Of a stretch of DNA of 64,000 nt, positions 53,951 to 64,000 are shown one piece after another. Position numbers and translations under genes: made by a program. Origin of the DNA: Felis catus (taxonomy: Eukaryota). The stretch's first letter is position 1. Every line of letters starts with the position of its first letter. Below the pieces are notes generated by a model. The model saw only the letters and a program-made list of their open reading frames with translations. It did no database searches and had not been told where the DNA came from. The stretch lies in assembly GCF_018350175.1 (NCBI RefSeq), contig NC_058368.1, positions 162,256,001-162,320,000 on the forward strand. The letters run 5' to 3'.

Positions 53951-54546
53951 TGTTGCGGGATTTTTTTTTACCTCAATACCCAGGGTTTGTTGTCTCCCTA
54001 CTTCGAAGAATGAAGAGGTGAACACAGAATAAAATGAGCAGCTGGCAAAAGTTTATTAGGTTATAAGTAGAAAGAATTGTATGAAAGCTCTCTTTACAGA
54101 GAGGGAGCATTCAAAAGTGAATGTCCTCAACCATAGGCAAGGGACTTTGTTTTATAGTGTTTGCTTCACCCCCCACCTTCCCCCTTGTTCCTTCTCAGGT
54201 TCTACCCTTATTGGTTAGAAACTGTAAATGCCCAGTCCTTCACTTTTGATTGGCTCATTTCCATTGTGTGAGGGGTGATCTATGGCCATACTGTTTTTGT
54301 GGGTCATATGTTTTATGGTCTACTTATTTTTAGTCAGGTCTTTTGTTTGTCAAATTCCTGAGGGAAACCTGAGCGGGAATACATGGTATCTGTCACATTC
54401 TCAAGAGGAACTTCAGGCCTGAGGGATTTTGCTCAAGGTCAGATGTTCCTAGAAGAAATGTTTTAAAATTTGTGTTTTTCCCCACCCAGGGACCTCAGGT
54501 CCTAGCCTCTCCCTTTCTGCCTACTGAATCCTATCTTTCCCTATCA
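53951..54546 (-). mobile_element. Solo ERV LTR
   Basis: TG...CA ends, flanking accat repeats; on the minus strand CCAAT (54249-53, 54210-14), TATAAAA (54150-56) and AATAAA (54052-57) occur in canonical order. Confidence 0.8.
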
Positions 54547-55994
54547 TACCATGACTAATATAATATATTACAGGTGTTTTAATTTTAAACATTTTTTAGG
54601 AAGAAATATGGAGGATATTATCACACTGAATTTTAATATATATTACTTTTTAAATTCCTGTATTTTTTCTTGAGCTTTTGGAACCCATTGCTTGTTATTC
54701 ACTAGTTAATGAAAGCAAATACCAAATGCACAAATTAGTTGCAAGTCCATTGCCAAATGCCTAGTTACTTTGAGTCATTCAAGACCAGTATTTAACAAGC
54801 TTGTTATGGAACGACAGATACGTTTTGCACTGTTACATTTTCAAAGTCATTTCACTGAAGGGGAAATGATTAATGAGCAGCTGATGCAGTGACCTCCTGC
54901 GAGGATTAATAAAGAGGAGACCACCACATGGAAGGAAGCACTGATCATAACTTGTCATCTTATAAACACGTTTATGCCACCTCCAGATTCACTGCATTTT
55001 TATGGAAATTTAAATCTTTCCCAATGGTAGAATGCCTCCATTAATGAGCATGGAAATGCAAACAGAGTTTTATTACCATCAAATGCAGAAGACCCAGGAG
55101 TGCTTCATGGGGTGCTGAGGGCTGCACAATTGATTTTTGGGCTCTTTTAATGATATCGGTTCAGCAAAATCTCTTTCAAGATACTAGATTTATTGAATGT
55201 GTGTATTCATTTATGTGTCCATCTGAAATATTATTTTCTTCTAGCTCCAAAACAGGTGATTTTACTTCATTATGAGCAGTTCTGGTCAGGAAGCACCCTT
55301 AGAAGTTTTATTCAGTAATGCATTTTACCTATATAGGAAATTTCTAATCATAACTCAATTTCTAGAACAGCACAGAAGGAAGGAATTCTCACCAGCACCT
55401 TTAAATTCTCTCTTCATAATACTGTATTAAGCTGACAAAGCTTCTCAACTCCAGATTATGAGAGTCAAGAAGATGGTAAATGATAGTGTAATTCTTGAGA
55501 AGTGACATCAGAAATAACAACAGCACTAACTTCAGAAACCCACCTCCAAATTGCACAGGCACCATTTGGAACACACACCAACACCCAACACAAAATCCCC
55601 AACCAAGTTATCTCACATTAACATTTTGAGATGCTAAAGGTCATGATAATCGTGAATGTTTTACATAGCAACAATGCCAGGATGGCAGATCAGACTTGTT
55701 GGCATTACAAAAACTGACAGAATCTGGAAAGGATGAAATATAGTTGGTGTTAAAGAGGTTAATAGTTTTATTAGATGAGTATGAAGAATGAATGAATGAA
55801 TGAATGAATGAATGAATTGGAAATATGGAAGCTTCTTTAATTTTGTTTACTAGTAGTGCCAGCCAGGCATTTGTTCTGAACTTGAACACACCACTAGGTG
55901 ACTATTTGATGGTTTGGCAGAGTATTGATACGGGCAGAGTATTTCCATATTGTTAAAACAGTGGAAAAATCACACAAAACTAGATTTGATCAAA

Positions 55995-56460
55995 TGACAA
56001 TTGTTAATAGTTACCTATTACTGGATAACAAATCACCACAAACTTTGCAGTTTGATGCGATATACGTTCATAATCTCAGCTTTCATGGTTTAAAACAAAC
56101 CTCCCCAGGATGCTTCCAAGCTGTCACACTGGCTGCGTTCTAGAGCTTGGGGTCCTATTCCAAGTTCATGTAGTTTCTTGCAGAATTGAATTCCACTGAG
56201 TTACAGGATTTAAATCCACATGTTCCTGCTCATTGTCAGCTAGGGGCCACCCTTAGCTAGCTCCCAGATACCACCAGCAATTCCTTTGCATATGGTTCTC
56301 TGGGAGGCCCCATAAAACCATGGTAGCTTACTTCTTCAATGCCACTTCTTCACTCCAGTTTGCTAAGGTGGAATCTTATATAATGCAATGTAATCCCATC
56401 ACCTTTGTATATTTTATTAGGATATGACGAATATAAGGTCACCTTAAGTGTGTCCACCAC
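55995..56460 (-). mobile_element. MLT1-type LTR remnant
   Basis: MaLR-like antisense text (ttagttacctatt...ataacaaatcacc...). Confidence 0.55.
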
Positions 56461-56486
56461 TACAAATAAAAGTAAAAAACAAATAC

Positions 56487-56683
56487 GGGTGCCTGGGTGG
56501 CTCGGTTGGTTAAGCGCCCAACTTTTGGTTTTGGCTCAGGTCATGATCTCATGGCTCTGCATTGGGCTCTGCACTGGCAGCCTGGAGCCATCTTGGGATT
56601 CTTTCTGTAGCCCTCTCGCTGCCCTCCCTCCCCCCATGCTATCTCTGTCTCTCTCAAAATAAATAAAGAAACTTAAAAAAAAG
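56487..56683 (+). mobile_element. Can-SINE
   Basis: SINEC body; flanking aaaagtaaaaa(a)caaata. Confidence 0.9.
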
Positions 56684-57573
56684 TAAAAACAAATAATGAT
56701 TGAAGAAAATAAACCAATATAACAAATATTCAACTTTAACTTCATTATCATTAAATTAACAAAGAAACGTCAACTATATCAATCATTCTGTCTTCTGAAT
56801 TGATACACTTTCTTTAATTTTAACCTTATTGTAGTATTCAATGCTGCTGAAATGAGAATAGCAAGATGGGCACTTCCATGTACTTCTTGTAGAAGTAACT
56901 TCTTTATGGAAAGCAGAGGTTAAGAAACATCGGAGTCCTTGCCTGTCTCCACCCTAGCCTTGTCAGGGTGATCACTGCAAAACATTCATAAGTAGGAAGA
57001 GTATATGGAAATTCTTTAAGTGTGTGAATCAGTTTTACAACCTGTTAAGCTCTTTGAACAATTTGCAAGGCTAATGTATGTAATAATTTTCAAAAGGAAA
57101 CTTTCCATCTCCAAGAAATGGAAAGTGAATGCCTTTCCTAAAATTACAAAGGTAACACAAACTGAGCTCCACTTTTTACTGCCACAAAGAGCCAGAGGGA
57201 AATATTGTAGTTCAAGGCATGTCAAACAGGACTCCAATGGCTATACCCCAGAGTAAGAGAGAATCAGAAATAGACCGACTCTAACAGGAACTGATGCTCG
57301 GTTCAAACCTTTCAATACCCACACCCAAATACTTGCCAAATGATAAGGATTCCATTTGGTATTTATTTCTAAAGCCCTTGCCTTATTGCCTGCATGCTGC
57401 CAGATTCTCATCACTTCATTTCTGGATTACTGCAGCTGCCACGTGTTAGTCTTACCTCCAATTTCACTCACTTCCCAAATGCCAGCCAAATGACCTGTAT
57501 AAAGGGAAAATCCTGCTCTTTAACCTTTTGGTGTCTTCTTTGGCTGATCTTAGCATAAAATCTGAAATCTTCA

Positions 57574-57790
57574 GGGGTGCCTGGGTGCCTCAGTCGGTTA
57601 AGCAGAGAACTTCGGCTTAGGTCATGATCTCACGGCTTGTGGGTTCAAGCTCCACATCAGGCTCTGTGCTTGCTGCCTGGAGCCTGCTTTAGTTTCTGTA
57701 AATCCCTGTCTCTCTGCACCTCCCACTCTCTCTCTGCACATCCCCCACTCACACTTTCTCTCTCTCAAAAAATAAACACTAAAAAAAATT
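57574..57790 (+). mobile_element. Can-SINE inserted in a probable L2 remnant (about 57400-58260)
   Basis: TSD aaatctgaaatcttca; L2-like flanks. Confidence 0.88.
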
Positions 57791-58969
57791 AAATCTGAAA
57801 TCTTCATGTGCCTATATCTATCTAGTCCTTTAGATAATACTGCAACTCATCTTCCTCCATTCTCCTCTTCTCCACCTTCTTTCCCATCATCTAACTTCCT
57901 GAATCATTTGTTGTTCCAGGAATAGAAAATGCTGATTTTGCCACTAAGCCTTTGGACATACTCCATCATCTACATCATGTTGTCTATTTTCTCCACTTCT
58001 TACCTAGTTATCTCACACCCTTTCTCTGATCTAGCTTAAACATGCCTTTCTAATGACTTTCAAGAAGTTTCTCCTAACCATTCACACAAGAGTCACTGTG
58101 TATACCCATCACAATTGCCTAGATATATCATAAATGTAAGGGTATTTTTAGTCTGCCCTGAGAGCTCTGTTTGGGACAATACTATTTTCTTTGGCCCTGT
58201 TTCTCCAAGCCATTGTTTAGAGTTAGCCTATTTTTAACAAATATATGGTAAATGAACAAAGGATCTAAATAATCAAATGCCATCCCTGATGTCTTAGCAG
58301 TCCAAGGATCACCCTGTGACTGTTCATAAAAATAATAAGTGATTTCCGACCTCAGAGATCAGGGTAGATGCCTCCTCCAGAGCAGCTCACTGGATACTTA
58401 GGTTGACAGATTTAAAGTGGGCACTAAAACTTCTAGAGCAGCCTCAGCTGCAGAGCTGGGAAGGAGAAGGAAAACTCAGGGCATATCTCAACTAAGATTT
58501 TATAGCCCAGCCTCTCACAGATGGCCTGTGATGGCATACCTCGTGTGTGCCTACTTATAGTTCTTTCCATCCATAAAATGATCATCCGGTCTTTATGGTT
58601 ATGTCCCCAAGGGAGGCCTGGTAAAGATTCATGCATTCGTTTTTGCAAAGTATGTACTAGTATTCCATGAATAAAGACACTCTAAATACAAAGCATTTTT
58701 TTGTCATTCATCCAGATGCCCTACCCACCGTCCAACCTATTTGATTCTGTGCTACCAAACAGCTGCCGGCACCCACCAAGAGCATCTGGTTCCATTTCAT
58801 GTTGGCAAGGGCCACATTAGCAGTAAAACAGCTAATGCTTTTTAGATGGCCTCATGATTACAGCTTTTATTGGTACCCCAGGTAATTGAGTTAATAAATT
58901 TAATTGCCAGTGCTGACACTTCCTCCCACCAGCTTCCCCTCCTCTAACTTCTTCCCCAGCTCCTCCTAG

Positions 58970-58972
<3 letters not shown>

Positions 58973-59008
<36 letters not shown>
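58973..59008. repeat. (CA)n microsatellite
   Basis: Directly visible. Confidence 0.95.
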
Positions 59009-59011
<3 letters not shown>

Positions 59012-59954
59012 CAGAGAAACCATTAATAAGAATATGCATCTAATAGGACAGGTGACCTCACAAAACACTTCTGAATGACTTCAAAATGTCACTGAGCCCA
59101 CCCTAGTTTGTTTATAGCAGCATGTGATGCCATGACTCACATTTACTACCCTTTTCCTTTCAAGCTAATTTATAGAACTGTCCACACTACATAGAGCAAT
59201 ACCCAGAGTATATAGTGTATTGCCACAAAGATTTCCAAGGAAATATTTATAGTTGCATAGGAGAATATGGGCACAGATTTCTGGATTTTTCAACTTATAA
59301 TTCATCTACTGCATTGTAAATCATGTTAAAATATTACATATTACATACACACACAAAAAAAAAACAACAGAGAAGAGACAATTGAAAACCGAAATCTTCT
59401 CTTGGGAGGCATTTTTAAGATCTTGCTGAAAGAATAACAGATCCTGGATTGCAATATGTATTTCTCTCAGGAATACAGTTTCCTGGATGGCTCTGGGTTG
59501 TTTGTTTGTTTGTTTGTTTGATTGTTTGTTACTCTTAGAAACCCTCTAGTGTTAGCATTGACTAATGACATATGCCCAAATCTCCTATCCTTCCAAATTT
59601 ACCCCTGTGTAAAACAAAAGGCATTAGCCTTATCTCTGCCTACTTAAAAGAGGCTGGTGGGCATATCAGTAATTTAAATGTTCAGCATAACACTATAATC
59701 TATGCAGCCCAACATGTATTGTCCAGATTGCTTTCATGCGTGACTCCACCTCAATGACCCTTTAAATTTCTTCATATGATCACCAGGCTCCCAGTTCCTG
59801 TCTCATTGATCTGTGTGGTTACATTCTCAGTACCCAAAATATTAATTCAAGTCACAGATGAAAATGATATCCAAGAGGCTGCCAGTTATTAATTAGTTAT
59901 TTCCATATACTAAGCTTTTCACAAACAGTGTATTTAATCCTCATGTCTTATAAG

Positions 59955-60165
59955 ACAGTGGTCATCAACCAGGGTTAATTTCTCCCCAAGGGTACATTCA
60001 GCAATGCCTGGAGATATTTTTGGTTGTCAGAACGAGGCAGGTAATAATTGTCTAGTGGGGAGAGTCTTAGGATGATGCTGAACATCCTACAGTGTATTAG
60101 ATAGCCCACATCACAAAGAATTATCCAGCCTAAAATGCCAACAGTGCTTAGGCAAGGAAACCCTA
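59955..60165. mobile_element. MER5-like hAT DNA transposon remnant
   Basis: cagtggtcatcaacc...ggagatatttttggttgtca...ggaaaccct. Confidence 0.7.
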
Positions 60166-61967
60166 CCATAAGGTATTGTTTCCATTGTAAGAAAAAGGAA
60201 ATAGAAACTCAGAAAAGTAAAAGAGCTTACCTAGCATCATCAGATTATAAAAGGAGGAGCATGAATTCAAATCTAGATTTATCTAATTCCCAAGTTCAGT
60301 CTCTTTCTGCAGGGTGATCTAGCTTCCAGGAGCTTCTGGAAACCAGAAGGCTGCACAGAAGTATTCAAGCAGGTGGCTTTTTAACTGCTAAGCACCCTAA
60401 ACTACATTATATCATGAGGATTCTTTTCTAATGATCATCCATTGCAAAAATCACATTGTTGTGATCACTGCAGAAGCCCGCCACAGTCTGTGACGCAGGT
60501 GGATATGTGATTCTTCTTGCTACAAAATTCCACCTGGGGATGGCCTGGCATCATATCTACAAAATGTAGATGTGTCAACAGAAGTCAGAGTAGATGGATC
60601 AAAAATGACTTGTGTAAAGCAATTTTACATCATGAAAATGACAGACATTTATAAAAACAAAGGTCAGTTACTACTGAGAAAGTGATACGCCAGAGTATTA
60701 GCAGAAAGAGAAATAAGAGATGCCAAGGCATAGCAAGAACCAGAAGATGACAAGGGCACATAGTTTCCAGATAGCTTTCTATAGGTTTCTCACAGGAAAT
60801 CCTGGTGATGAGTGATTTTGTCCATATTATCAAAGACTTGCCAGTAAATTAAATTTCCTATATTTTATTTCTTAAAGCTTTTTGCCATTCTTAGGGAAAA
60901 AGTGTGCATTGCAAAATCTAATTTTGGATGTGAAAATTGGTAAATTAATCTGTTTCTTTAAATTCAAATATGTGTTATAAAATGTATTATCTGTTTCATT
61001 TCCTCTGAACACAGATGTTTTCAATAAAACCAAATACTTCGCATTTTCTTCAACAGATTTACATAATGTATTTATAGTAAGCAACAAAGATTTTCTAAGA
61101 TTCTTACACTTTTCTTTTTTTTTCCTGTAACTCACATTCTATCCTTTAGTGGATTTAAAGTTAATATTTTTCTTTCCTGGTATCATTCTCCTTTAGAGTT
61201 AAGATATATAAATTCTGATTATTTGTTTGGCCTAGGAGGGGGATGGGGGCAGTGGTCAGAGTATAAGACAAATCAGTCCAGAGATGGACTTGGGTTGGGG
61301 AAAACAGGAGGAGATAAAGCACACTGAAATCAGACACCAAGGGTAAGGCAGGGGTGAAGGGAAGCAAGATGAGGACTAGGAAACTAGTCAGATAAAGACA
61401 TTGAACCTGAGATGGAGACTGTGGACCAAAACCCACAAAAAGAGGTGATTCCTGTTATAGAGGAGTATTCAGAAAGGGAGCAGGTATGGGTCAGTGTGGC
61501 CAGGATGCGGGGTGCAGATCCTAAAATGCCAGAGATGGAAGAACCTTTTGCTCTAAGCGTGAAAACAGGTCAGTGTTCTTCCATGTTGTACCGCAAATGA
61601 ATGGCCGAGGTAGAACTTGAACCCAGATCTCCTTCTTTCTGGCCTAGTATCTCCAACAGAGGAAACATGTTCTGAAAGGTTTAAACTGTGTATTCCACCC
61701 ATTAAGAGACCTGTGCTGCTTCCTTGCTTACTCAAAATCACTAGGAATTCTGCAGCTCAGCCCTCAGTTCTGTTATCTGTGTGCATGTGACTGATTTGGG
61801 GCTTAATGCACAAATCTTTTGCTGAATTTTAGTTTACTGTCAATTCCTCACAGTCTTTAGTTGTCCTTTTGGCTTCTGTACATTATGGCTGTGGTCTCCT
61901 ATCCTTTTCACTGAAATCTCTTATTCTGGGGTCACAGGCCACAGTCCTCCACAGGCCCGCAGGGGCT

Positions 61968-61987
61968 CTGCTGCCACCTTCAGGCAG
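61968..61987 (-). promoter_or_regulatory. Candidate CTCF site
   Basis: Minus-strand CTGCCTGAAGGTGGCAGCAG resembles the CTCF core CCNNNAGRKGGCR in a locally GC-richer patch. Confidence 0.5.
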
Positions 61988-62969
61988 AAAGCAGTACTAT
62001 CTCACCTGTGTTGGGACGCTCCACTATAATGATTTTAATAGTCAGGTATTTGTGAAAGCCTTGGATTTCCAACAAATTTTTCCTCACCTTAAGAGTGAAT
62101 AAGTACCTTACTTTTTATTGACACTCCTTTCAGTCAGGAAGTATGGTCTTTGATCTTATACCAAACCTTCAATTCTCACAGTGTCCTGGAGTTTCTCTCC
62201 TATCGCTAGTAATTTTATCACCATGAAATCCCAAAGAATTTCATATGCTGTAAGTCCAAAACATCTTGCTATGTTCTGTCCTTGTGACCATACATAAAGT
62301 TTATATAAAGGAAAAAAAACAAATATCCATTTCCATTTCTGCCAATAGCACCCAGAATTTAGTGGAAAAAATAGTGTTCTCACAGAACATGGCTACTAAA
62401 GATACTTAACTGTCTTTCCCACATCCTTGAAGCTTGATGGTTGACAAAAAGATAAAGGGAGCAGAAAATGCTGCAAGATTTAAGTAGGCCATCTTTATAT
62501 TAAGTCAAAATTATTACATTTTGCGCACCTGAAGCAGGTGGTTAAAATTCTAGCAACAACAACAAAAATGTATGTATCCTTCCCTTTCATTCTCTTTCTC
62601 CATCTCTCTTTCTTTCTCTCTCCTTGTGCATGTATACATGCAAAATATATGTGAATATGTATATTAAAAGCCAAGCATGGATGGTTGGATGAGTAGGGGG
62701 AGATAATAATTTTGTTGCTCTGGCACATATACCTACCCATGTACCTCTTTTCTTTGGAATATACAGAACCAAGAAGAGGATGGGAAAAACACTGTGGAAT
62801 TTTCAAATTGTCTTTATATAATGAAAAATATTTTAAAACATATGTCATATATGAAAATTAATTATATACAATAGATAAAAGTATAAAGAAATTTTTAACC
62901 TTCATTCTGTCCAAATCTCTGAGGAACTCTCTGGACTTTTGGGACTATCTCAAAGAATAGCAGGCAAAT

Positions 62970-63100
62970 CACTGGAGGAGTGCAAAACCCAGGCTCTAAT
63001 GTGAGACTTACCTGGTGATGAGTGCAGGTTACTAGCTATGTGACCCTGGGGAGATTGTCTCTCTTTTTTGGATTCATCTAAGAACAACAGATGGCATAAT
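62970..63100 (+). mobile_element. MIR remnant
   Basis: ttactagctatgtgaccctggg core. Confidence 0.55.
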
Positions 63101-64000
63101 AGAGCCACACCTTATGTTACCATCTACACTAAGCTCTCACTAAGACAGATTTCCTTTGCCAAATTTCCCAGTACCCATAAGTCTCATTTCTTTGAATTTT
63201 CAAAGCATATATATGGAGAAATGAAGAGTTGGATGAATAGACCACCTTCCTGGACTAATCCTCTGATTGGGGGAAACCAGACAATGTCCCATGATTAATA
63301 TGGCTCTGGCAACTTGTAATCTAGACTCAGGATTTTGGCCCTGAAGATAGTTGCTGAAGCGCTATTTCTTTTGGTACTCCCATTCCAGTGCAGGGGTCTT
63401 AACAAACGCAAGAATCCAATTCACTCTTAGTTGAAAACCCCATTTTTTTGTCAATGATAGTGGCATTAATATCAGGAGATATAGAATATGTCAATATGAA
63501 GACAACAAGAAAAAGAGCCAAAGCACTCAAAACATGCCAAGGCAGAGACTTTGCAGGAAGCACTTAGACTGTATGGATTCCTCATTTTATAACAGTAAAA
63601 TAGTACAAGTGCAACAGTAATAAGAATTATACTAACAGTGCCTTTTCAGTTAGAATGAGAAGTGTTTATTCAGGTGTTCACTAGTAACAGCTTTGTGTAG
63701 ATGGTTAAAAAAAAAAATTCTTTGGATTGAAATGTTATCTGTTCACTCCAAAAGCAAAATCAGCTCCAAAAGGAGTTGGAAGGGGAATTTCACAGCTTTA
63801 TTTTAATCTCTGGCTTCTTGGCCAGTTCCTCATTTGAATCATTGGAGTAGGAGGAAATCTTTATTGCTACACAGAGAAAAATAAATCATCCTTTGGAAAG
63901 ACCCTGAGTTATTCTTTGTGGATGACTCAGAAAAATCCCTCTGGCTACCTGGCTTCTCACAAGGCACAGCAGTTATCTTTGGTAAAAACATATAACGTGT

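Overview
AT-rich mammalian genomic DNA from a felid, identified by felid-type Can-SINEs and a felid-type L1. The window has no intact protein-coding gene. Much of it is interspersed repeat: about 25 Can-SINEs, several L1s including a 4-kb felid L1, solo LTRs, a MaLR remnant, MIR, MER5 and L2. The main discovery is a decayed multi-exon gene on the minus strand, spanning at least 3880-46793. It has about 20 segments bounded by AG/GT splice sites, most neighbouring junctions are phase-compatible, and the frames carry scattered stops and frameshifts plus one SINE inside an exon. The reconstructed peptide shows colinear motif resemblance to DNAAF9/C20orf194 (Shulin), for example YMEYRFTLAKYL versus YMEHRFLFPKCL. 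The DNAAF9 sequence was recalled from memory, not searched, so the assignment is unverified. The similarity looks too weak for the true ortholog, which suggests a lost, divergent paralog. The right-hand part of the window carries candidate regulatory elements: an LTR promoter pointing into the pseudogene, two TAAT-rich unique blocks and a CTCF-like motif.
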